Positions 23,163-32,169 of a stretch of 32,169 bases of DNA are shown here, piece by piece; the stretch's first letter is position 1; every line of letters starts with the position of its first letter. The stretch covers positions 34,283,322 to 34,315,490 of the forward strand of contig NC_057720.1 in NCBI RefSeq assembly GCF_004010195.1. The letters run 5' to 3'. The notes beneath the pieces are model-generated. The model made no database searches. It had not been told where the DNA came from and was given only the letters and a program-made list of their open reading frames with translations. The stretch is from Chiloscyllium plagiosum (taxonomy: Eukaryota). The position numbers and the translations under genes were made by a program.

Positions 23163-23464
23163 ATTTACAATAATGTGCACCTCTATATACCTAAAGTTAT
23201 TCTAGTCATCATTTCAATATTTTAAGATCTTGCCCCACTTCTTCATAAATGTTACTGTGCACCAAAGTGAGTAATGGTCAGTGTAACCGCTATGACATCA
23301 ACCCTTTCTGTAGACTCTGCCAAACTAATTGGTAACAATTACTCAGAACCTGGGATAACCAGCTAAAATTGAGTGCAGGAATAAGACTTATGGTTCAGTC
23401 TGATTGAAATTTTCTCCTACTGTATTTCTCATAACTTACGTTTCACCAGAAATGAAACAACAGA

Positions 23465-24340
23465 GCCGGTCAGGCAGCATCCGAGGACCAGGAGAGTCAA
23501 CATTTCGAGCATAAACTCCTCATCAGGAATGGTGTGTGTGTGTGTCACGAAGGCTGAGAGAGATAAATGGGAGGGGGGTGGCGCTGGGGGGAAGGTAGCT
23601 GGGAATGCGATAGGTAGATAGTGGTGGGGGTGAAGGTGAGAGGTCGGAGAGGAGGGTGGAGCAGATAAATAAGAAGGAAGATGGACAGGTAGGACAGTTC
23701 AAGAGGGCGGTACTGAGTTGGAAGGTTGGGTCTGGGATAAGGTGGGGGGAGGGGAAATGGGGAAACGGGTGAAATCCACATTGATCCTGTGTGGTTGGAT
23801 GGTCCGAAGACGGAAGATGAGGCGTTCCTCCTCCAGGCATTGGGTAGCTAGAGTTTGGTAGTGGAGGAGGCCCAGGGCTTGCATGTCCTTGGTGGAGTGG
23901 GAGGTGGTGTTGAATTGTTTGGCCACAGGGCGGTGGGGTTGTTTAGTGCATGTGCCCCAGAGATGTTCTCTGAAACGTTCCGCAAGTTAGTGCCCTGTCT
24001 CCCCAATGTACAGGAGACCACATCGAGAGCAACGGACCCTGTAGGTGATGTGTGTGGGACTGCAGGTAAATCTCTGTCAAATGTGGAAGGATCCTTTCGG
24101 GCCTTGGATGGAAGTGAGGGGGGGGTGGTGTGGGCACAGGTTTTGCACCTCTTGCAGTGGCAGAGGAAGGTGCTGGGAGGAGAGGGTGGGTTGATGGGGG
24201 TGCATGGACCTACCAAGGAAGTCACGGAGAGAATGTTCTCTCTGGAACGCAGATAGGGGTGGGGAGGGAAATATATCCCTGGTGGTGGGGTCTGTTTGTA
24301 GGTGGCAGACATGGTGGAGGCTGATGTGATATATCTGAAG
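23465..24340 (-). mobile_element. 5'-truncated Penelope-like retroelement (GIY-YIG region, family 1 pLTR), decayed
   Basis: Minus strand CHCKRCKTC, HITYRVRCSRCGLLYIGETG and EEERLIFRLRTIQPHRINVDF, then a pyrimidine-rich UTR and a pLTR matching the palindromes at 1-239 and 5857-6083. Confidence 0.92.
23499..23526 (-). ncRNA. Minimal hammerhead-ribozyme-like core in the PLE pLTR
   Basis: CTGATGA-G-GAGT-TTAT-GCTC-GAAA-TGTT, located about 200 nt after the end of the PLE GIY-YIG coding region. Confidence 0.6.
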
Positions 24341-25462
24341 GTTACCACCACAGTGTCACTCTGGAGAGCCTGATGGTCCTTTTTGGATTGTGAACAACCC
24401 TCTTCCTCTCTGCATCCTGAACCAAGACCATCACAGAATCTTAGAACCTTCCCTTCTCTGTTGGGCAAGTAACTACTTTGATTGCATGCCAACTTCCCCA
24501 ACTACTTGCTGCACCTCTCTAATCAGGTTGCACTGGTCCTTTAAGAGGTGCAAGCCTGTTTTAACTAGTGCTGGCTAAAGTGTTGTAAGGCTTACTGGAA
24601 TTTAGCACTGGGCTACAAGTTTGATTCACTTAAAATGAGCAGATAGCACAAAGCTTGTGTACTGCATTCATCAGAAGCTGAGCATTGTGATTCTCACACC
24701 AGTTCCCAGGAACTCTCCAGCTTTCCCTAAGAGTCTTCTTCCCATTTACAAGCTGTTGGAAGGCAAAATACTAACAACTTGTGCACTTAATAACAAATTC
24801 TTCCATTTCAGTTTTGAAAGAACCTACTGAAGAAAAGCTGGCACTAATGTGCTGTCATCCATTCATGGTGTGTTAGCCATTGACTGGCCCACACCAAGTT
24901 TGTGAATGAATGTCTTCTCACATTATGGAAGACAGAAGCCATAAGCAAAACAGTTTAGACAATTGCAGGGAAAGCTATTCCTATGAGAGTTAACAGAATT
25001 TAAGTGAGAATAGTCCCAATTTTAATTATATTAAAGAAAAATGCACCTGGCATCTGATTAGTAGATTCCACTCACATCAATATCTTTGTGAATTTTGATA
25101 ATATAGCATGGAACTAAAGGGAACTGTAATAATACTGTAAAAGGGTTTATTTTTAACTTTGTGAATTGTAGACGTTAAGACATTTTCAGGGTCGGTACAC
25201 TAGATATTGACGTTATAGTAGCAAAATGAATCAACTAAAACTGGGTTTCACAGTCGGGGCCAACACTTTCCATACTGCAGGATTGTTATGGCAGAAAGCA
25301 ACAGCGAGATTTCCGGAGCCCAATAATGGCATACTTTGGACCCAAATTAGAATGAAGGAAACTTTTTATTTTAATTAGTCACCCAGAAAAAAAAAAGTTA
25401 TTCCAGAAAATAATGCAGTTACTAATCCAAAGGTATGTGTTTCATGCTAACCTCAACCATAC

Positions 25463-25477
25463 CTTGCTTGTCTGCAT
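25463..25477 (-). CDS. Candidate micro first coding exon of slc6a9 (MQTSK)
   Basis: ATG CAG ACA AGC AAG|gtatgg, a good donor in phase 0, in non-repetitive DNA. Could arise by chance. Confidence 0.3.
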
Positions 25478-26074
25478 TAGGATCCTATTACTGGGGAGTT
25501 ATTTAAGTTTACAAACTATTGGCAGCAAAAGGTTCAGTTGTATTTTAATGACTTCTCATGCATCCACGTTAACTTTCTAATTCATAAAGACAAGCAAGCC
25601 TAATTAATATAATGTACCCATCTTTCGGCAGACTCAGTTAAACCGATTAATGCTGTTGTGATGCAGGTAAAAGGGGATAAAGAATCCGAAGACTCAGGAG
25701 CGAAGCTGTATAACATCATATAGTGCTGTCATTCCCATCAACTACAGTGATGTACTGCATATAATAGGACCTTAAAAATACTAGTGGCTTGGGATCACTT
25801 CCACACCTGACTCCTCACTTCCATCTACGCCTGAAAGACTTTAAGAACTGGCAAACATATCCATCTTCCAGTTCCAGCTGGCTGCAGGCGGTTGAGACTC
25901 TTAGCCCAATCAAGGGGCTAGCAATCTTGGAAGGATGGTAGCCCCACAGGTAGAGGTGTGCTTTGAAGGGTTTGTGGTTTATTAAATATACATGCAGCCA
26001 CAAATGCCAGGAACACCCTGCACAAGATTGTCTCCAGTTGATCCATGCCGTTTTGGTGAAAAAGGAAATATTTG

Positions 26075-26290
26075 GCTAAGATCCATCTGGGTTCATTACA
26101 GGCACTTGGGAGAATTTATAATGTGAAATAGCGAAATAGCAGAGAAGCAGAGAATAATTACTTTCTATCTGTTTACATTGAAGTAGATATAAGAAATCTC
26201 CCAGACTTACAGATCCAGGTGACTAGGGAGAATGACGAGTTGAAGGAAATTGGTATTAGTTAGAAGGTTGTACTGAAGAAATTAATTTGT
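26075..26290 (+). mobile_element. Short decayed CR1 ORF2 fragment
   Basis: gaaatagcagagaagcagagaataattactttctatctgtttacattgaag resembles the CR1 'EMAE.LN.YF.SVFT' region (compare 6960-7010). Confidence 0.5.
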
Positions 26291-26867
26291 AAAGTGCTCC
26301 TCAGATGCTGCCTGACCTGCTCTGCTCTTCCAGCACCACACTTTTCAACTCAGAGTCCTCTCGCTGGCCACTGTCAACTATCTTCAGGTACTGGACTTAG
26401 GTCTCCATTCCAGCAGCACCTTAACATCCCACAAATGGTGCTTAGACACCACCTGCCACTGAGAGGTTGGTAGTTATTGTGAGTGATGACTTGCCTCTGT
26501 CAAGATAGTCCAGATGCAAAAATGTATTTGACCATTGACCCAATGACCACAGTTCAAAACTTTCTGTCAGTGCCATCAGCACAGAGATAAATAAAGGACC
26601 AATTATTATGCTGTGGAAAATGCAAAATGCTTCAAAATTGACAAATGCTGCAAAAGCTCCAGGCGGACACATAATAACAACAAAACATTTAAAAGCCCTT
26701 GGAGAAACAGAATTAGAAGTGATATCAGGAATCTGTGCTCAAATCATCCCAAAGGGTTCATTCCTAATGACTTGAGACATTCATTATTCTTTGTTGCCTA
26801 ACAAACTTAAAGCAATGTGGTATAATCATTTTAGAACAGTAAACTTAATGAGTCATCTAATTTAAAT

Positions 26868-27162
26868 TATAGAATCCCTACAGCATGGAAGCAGCCTTTC
26901 AGCCCATTGAGTCCACACCGACCTTCCAACGAGCATCCCACCCAGACTCATCCCATCCCTGTAACCCCGGGTTTCCCATGGCTAATCCATCTGACCTGCA
27001 CATCTTTGGACTCTGGGGTGGAAACTGGAGCACCTGGATGAAACCAGTGCAGATACAGGATAACATGCAAACTCCACACAGATAGTCACTCAAGGGTGGA
27101 ATTAAATCCAGGCTTCTGGCACTGTGAGGCAGCAGTCCTAACCGCTGAGCCATCGTGCCATC
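26868..27162 (-). mobile_element. HE1-like V-SINE (tRNA head, V domain, CR1-derived tail)
   Basis: Minus strand has ggcacgatggctcagcggttag (A box), ggatttaattcc (B box) and the V-domain tgtgtggagtttgcatgtt...ccaggtgctccagtttcc. Its tail atgggctgaaaggctgcttccatgctgtagggattctat resembles the CR1 3' end at 8625-8670. Confidence 0.9.
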
Positions 27163-27987
27163 CTTGATCTTTGAAATCATAATAGAAAGAAATAATAACA
27201 CATTTGAAGCTGAAATTTGAGAAACATAGCCTGGATTTGGACCTGGAGTAAGAACAAAGGAAACTTTATAATCTATGAACAATCTTTGATAAATATCTAG
27301 AAGTAAACAAGAACAATTACAAATGCTTCACCCAAAGACTAGACCCAACAACCTGGACACACTCTCAGATGTTCAATGCTGTCACATGACTGATAAAGAT
27401 CAGTGAATGCGTCAAATGTCAGCATTTCTGTTCAATTCACCACACATATCATTCATCCACCAATAATATGCGCAAATCAAGATTCACATCCAGCTTCCCC
27501 TCACCCTCACAGCGCTGCTGCAAGACACACATGCCCACATCTCATCAACTGCACACCAAGTTACTGACTATTCAACTATGACAGCCATATAATCGAAATA
27601 CATTGCACCACACTCCCTGATACACTTCCCTCTCTTGTGCACAACAAGGTATCACATAACTAAAAGCAGCTGCAAATGACTGGAAGCGACAGCCAAAGCT
27701 GCACATCATCAATCTGATGGAGAAGATAGTGTTCACCATCATCAGTGCAGCCATGGTGAAACCTATATCCAGTGGTGGGACTGAAACCATCAAGATTAGA
27801 GTTCAATCTTAATCTTCCTTCTCATACCCCATTTCCCTGTCATCCCATAATTTCTTCTGATATACAAGTCGAGATGTTATAAGAATGTAGCTCTTGCCTT
27901 CCACCTTTCCTCTCATCAGAACCATTGAAGCTTTCTCATTGCAGTAGTGCAAGAACTGCAAACGGTCAGGCAGTGATGGAAGAGAAT

Positions 27988-29175
27988 AGTCATAGAGATG
28001 TACAGCATGGAAACAGACCCTTCGGTCCAACCTGTCCATGCCGACCAGATATCCCAACCCAATCTAGTCCCACCTGCCAGCACCTCGCCCATATCCCTCC
28101 AAACTCTTCCTAATCATATACCCATCCAAATGCCTCTTAAATGTTGCAATTGTACCAGCCTGCACCATACCCTCTGGCAGTTCATTCCATACACATACCA
28201 CCCTCTGCGTGAAAATGTTGCCCCTTAGGTCTCTTTTATATCTTTCCCCTCTCACCCTAAATCTATGCCCTCTAGNNNNNNNNNNNNNNNNNNNNNNNNN
28301 NNNNNNNNNNNNNNNNNNNNNNNNNNNNNNNNNNNNNNNNNNNNNNNNNNNNNNNNNNNNNNNNNNNNNNNNNNNNNNNNNNNNNNNNNNNNNNNNNNNN
28401 NNNNNNNNNNNNNNNNNNNNNNNNNNNNNNNNNNNNNNNNNNNNNNNNNNNNNNNNNNNNNNNNNNNNNNNNNNNNNNNNNNNNNNNNNNNNNNNNNNNN
28501 NNNNNNNNNNNNNNNNNNNNNNNNNNNNNNNNNNNNNNNNNNNNNNNNNNNNNNNNNNNNNNNNNNNNNNNNNNNNNNNNNNNNNNNNNNNNNNNNNNNN
28601 NNNNNNNNNNNNNNNNNNNNNNNNNNNNNNNNNNNNNNNNNNNNNNNNNNNNNNNNNNNNNNNNNNNNNNNNNNNNNNNNNNNNNNNNNNNNNNNNNNNN
28701 NNNNNNNNNNNNNNNNNNNNNNNNNNNNNNNNNNNNNNNNNNNNNNNNNNNNNNNNNNNNNNNNNNNNNNNNNNNNNNNNNNNNNNNNNNNNNNNNNNNN
28801 NNNNNNNNNNNNNNNNNNNNNNNNNNNNNNNNNNNNNNNNNNNNNNNNNNNNNNNNNNNNNNNNNNNNNNNNNNNNNNNNNNNNNNNNNNNNNNNNNNNN
28901 NNNNNNNNNNNNNNNNNNNNNNNNNNNNNNNNNNNNNNNNNNNNNNNNNNNNNNNNNNNNNNNNNNNNNNNNNNNNNNNNNNACCAATGTCCTGTACAGC
29001 CGCAACATGACCTCCCAACTCCTGTACTCAATACTCTGACCAATAAAGGAAAGCATACCAAATGCCTTCTTCACTATCCTATCTACCTGCAACTCCACTT
29101 TCAAGAAGCTATGAACCTGCACTCCAAGGTCTCTTTGTTCAGCAACACTCCTGAGGACCTTACCATTAAGTATAA
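27988..29175 (-). mobile_element. 5'-truncated CR1 (family B), interrupted by an assembly gap
   Basis: Both gap flanks are highly similar to the reverse complement of 7938-8132 and 8381-8668 (QRDLGVQVHS...; RGNIFTQRVV...). Confidence 0.95.
28276..28982. other. Assembly gap (707 N)
   Basis: Run of N characters. Confidence 1.
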
Positions 29176-30789
29176 GGAAGATACTAATAAATATTATCAC
29201 TCACTTTTAAACTCGCAGCTACATTTTGGTTATTAAGAAGGCTTGTACCTTAGAGAACAACATATTTCCAGGATCTGTATGGAATAACACAGCAGGCAAG
29301 GCATTGGAAAAGGGTAGCACAGACACCCTATCATTAAAAAATCTTTTTGCAGAAGAATCAGATGAGGACATTGTGGTGGCTGTCTATAAAAAATGGATGG
29401 ATGGGCCATCATCACATGTGCACTGCCCACAGGCAAGTCTTGGTCATAGTTATCTCTCACTATCTCTCAATCCTATCTGATGGGAATGCTTATTGCATTG
29501 TACAGACCGACCAGAAAGTCTCTGGTTACTGCCAAAGAACATGGAGGTGTCCAACACCAATTCATGTCGGGTTTTATACAGGAGCCCATCTTCTCCAGTC
29601 TGAAAGTGGTAGCCAACTTCTTGAGTACAGACTCATCGTGATGCAGCAGAGATAGAGTGTGAGGTATTGGAGAGAATCTATATGCTAGCAGAGGGACACT
29701 GACCTTCCTTCGTTGGTCTTGAGCATTCCTCCAGTGTCTGAGCCTGCTTTAACCTGGGTGTCAATCTTGCTTGTGGCTTCCACTGCTGGTATTGGGGGAA
29801 GAGATAGCTCTGCCTGTGCCCCACCCCATCCAGCAGGTCCCTGCCTGCAAAGCAGGGGTGACAGTTTCCTCCTGTCTGCCACATCTGAGCCAAACATCAG
29901 GAACTGTGCAAGGTAGCTCTGAACTGACAGGGGCTTTTAAAGATGGTAAGAGCGCAAGGGATTCTGTTAATGTTTGGATATCCTGAATAGACCTGGCAAT
30001 GGCAGGTGGTAAGATAGGGTTGGAATCAGATATGAAGGATGCTGTAATGGAAGGATAGGTAGTTAATGAGGTGAATTTGGTGAGATATAATGAGAAAATG
30101 TAATGGTCCTCTAAAAACCTGATGCAGCTTAGACATAGGCATAAAAACATAAAATTCATCCCATGGAATCATACCAGAAAAACACTAGCATGCTTGAGGC
30201 CTTCTGAAACCAGTGGAAACTGCAGAGTCTGGATTGTATATTGGGCATTGTCAAGAACATCACTATTTAAGTTTCCTTTTGATAAGGTTTACATCTTTAT
30301 TTGGTGTATCTTTGTTAAAAAAGTTTTTTTTGTTCTGTCTCCTCACTGATTTATTTTATAAAGACGTGAAAAGGAACATTTTATCTTCTTTTTGTGTCTC
30401 TATTATTTTGAGATTCTGACTGGTTCGTTTTTTTTCTTATGTGAGATGGACCCACTCACCTACTAAAGAAAAACATCTGGCCTTCCTGTCAGCTGCCATG
30501 ACAGATTCCCACTTCAGTGTTTGCAGACAGCCCATGAAACATAAAACTAAACAGACAAGTCCTCATGTATTCCCACGGCCCACTGTCCACCTCTTTCTCT
30601 TTGCTCTAAGCACTTCCACAACCATGTTGCCAAAAATATTGTCTCAGCTGTAACCTGTTGCACGTTCCCTGGGCCCTTTACAGAATATTATCTCTGCCTG
30701 CTGCCCATTGCTACCTATCCCCTCAACACCAAACCCTTCCACTAACTCTACTTTTCCATGCCCTCTATTTTACTGACTTGCCGAGAATA

Positions 30790-31005
30790 TTTAGAAAATA
30801 AAACAGAAGTTGTTGGAAAAGCTCAGCATGTCTGGCAGCAATCGTGAAGAGTTAACATTTCAGATCCAGTGAGCCTTCCTCAGATCACCGGACCTGAAAC
30901 GTTAACTCTGATTTCCCTTCACAGATGCTGCCAGATCTGCTGAGCTTCTCCTGCACCTCCTGCTCTTTTTTGCTTCTGATTTACAGCATCTGCAGTTCTT
31001 TAAGT
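30790..31005. mobile_element. Palindromic PLE pLTR mini-element, family 2
   Basis: Left arm aagctcagcatgtctggcagca..gtgaagagttaacatttcagatccagtga is inverted against tcaccggacctgaaacgttaactc...tgctgccagatctgctgagctt. Minus-strand core CTGAGGA-AGGCTC-ACTG-GATCT-GAAATGTT. Confidence 0.8.
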
Positions 31006-31224
31006 TAATTTTAGAAAATAACTTTTAAAACACAGATCATATTTTATTAAAACAGAAAATTATACATAGTTCTGAATATTTAGGGATGCAGTTTATGTTG
31101 TTGATAAGCTTGAGCATCTTCTATTAATTATTTTCTGGTACTAATATAGAGTACACTTGTAAAAACACCCAGAGAAAAACTTGGTTTAAGGTAGTGCCTC
31201 CAGGCATAAGTTGAATTTGGAATC

Positions 31225-32169
31225 TTCCAGCACCACCAATCCAGAACCTGGTTTCCAGCATCTGCAGTCATTGTTTTTACCTAGTTGATTTTAACCCTAC
31301 TGCGAATCCTCTTGCAAGGATGCCTGCCTTGAAGAAGTTTTCCTCCTCTCTCTACAAGAATCTCAGGGAGTCTCTCTCCCACTGCAACTCCCAGGTCATT
31401 TCCTCTGCCCTGAAGTTCTTCAACCATGTCCTGAAACAAACTCGCTACCACAGCCACATTTGCTTCCTCAGTGCCTGCCTCTGTAACCAACTCATCCCAC
31501 ATGGACTCTGGACCACCTTTAAACCAGCAAACTTTGGACCTGAACAGGACAAACAGTACAGACTACAGATTCAAAAACACCAGCAACGGTTCTCCTTCAA
31601 GATCCTCTGCTCCACGCTCACAGCAATGCACCGGCACCTTACCTCTCTACAGTCAGCCCTGCCTCAGCTGAGGGCCACACTCTCTCAGAATTGCAAAGGA
31701 CCCACTCTGTACTACATCCTCAGGAGAATTCATACTCTCAACAAACTTTCAACTCCATCTCAAACATCAAAAACTGTAAGTACAACAAACTTTTATCTAC
31801 CCAACTCCATAACCAGGGCTCCTCAAACATTCCAGAAGATTCCCCCGGCCTCTGGAACTGCTTGGACGCCATTAGCCGTGCAGCTGCCACCCCCACGCTG
31901 ATCAATGATGTCACTTCCGCCCCCATCATGTCCATTCCCACAGCCCCTCACAATTACTCATGCATCACACGTGACATCACTTCCGCCCCTCACATCATCG
32001 CTGATGTCACACGCTCAGTGATCTCCTCCACCCCTACTGCTGTGTCTGCCACCACTTCTGCCCCCACCAATGCCACTCACCTGCATTCTGCTGACATGCC
32101 CCCCCACAGATCCCACTGTCACCATTCCCGGCCCCCAGAACCCTGAGGGGAACACCACCCCTGCTCATG
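31225..32169 (+). mobile_element. 5' part of a Penelope-like retroelement: partial pLTR followed by the ORF N-terminus; runs off the window
   Basis: The pLTR tail ttccagcatctgcag (about 31253-31267) precedes ORF 31320. That ORF carries HICFLSACLCNQLIPHGL, which resembles the H..FL..C....LIP.G motif at PLE ORF N-termini. Probable frameshift near 31745 into the 31691-32146 frame. Confidence 0.75.

Noticed and set aside
27290..27800. Possible very old PLE-type remnant with a ctgatg...gaaac motif
   Set aside because: Too degenerate: the hammerhead core spacing and stem II are not convincing, and no clear coding motif is present.
28064..29236. Long ORFs of 248-378 aa
   Set aside because: Artefacts of translating through the N gap; the real parts are CR1 sequence.
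30563..30625. Minus-strand ATG GTT GTG... as the GlyT1a-type first coding exon
   Set aside because: The frame ends in a stop, no convincing donor is present, and the region looks like decayed repeat sequence. That exon probably lies outside the window.
29761..30700. ORFs 29761-30159 and 30441-30653, faintly reminiscent of PLE coding sequence
   Set aside because: The similarity is too weak to support either a gene or a bounded element without alignment.

Overview
Eukaryotic (vertebrate) genomic DNA, most likely from a shark or ray. This is inferred from an HE1/V-SINE-like element, abundant CR1 LINEs and Penelope-like elements (PLEs). The window holds part of the glycine transporter GlyT1 gene (slc6a9) on the minus strand, with three phase-compatible GT-AG coding exons: 12191-12347, 5083-5214 and 1959-2220. 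The gene continues beyond the left edge, and its start exon(s) are not certain; two candidate phase-0 micro first exons lie at 21350-21394 and 25463-25477. The rest is intronic or upstream DNA packed with CR1 and L2 LINE fragments (several nested), tRNA-derived SINEs, a solo LTR with a 5-bp target-site duplication (TSD), a 33-bp minisatellite and a 707-nt assembly gap. The most striking non-genic signal is about a dozen short PLE terminal-repeat (pLTR) copies, several arranged as long palindromes. They carry a minimal hammerhead-ribozyme-like core (CTGANGA-stem-GAAA-NNTH) whose stem II co-varies between copies. Most ORFs in the supplied track are spurious or decayed transposon pieces. All calls were made by eye, without database searches.
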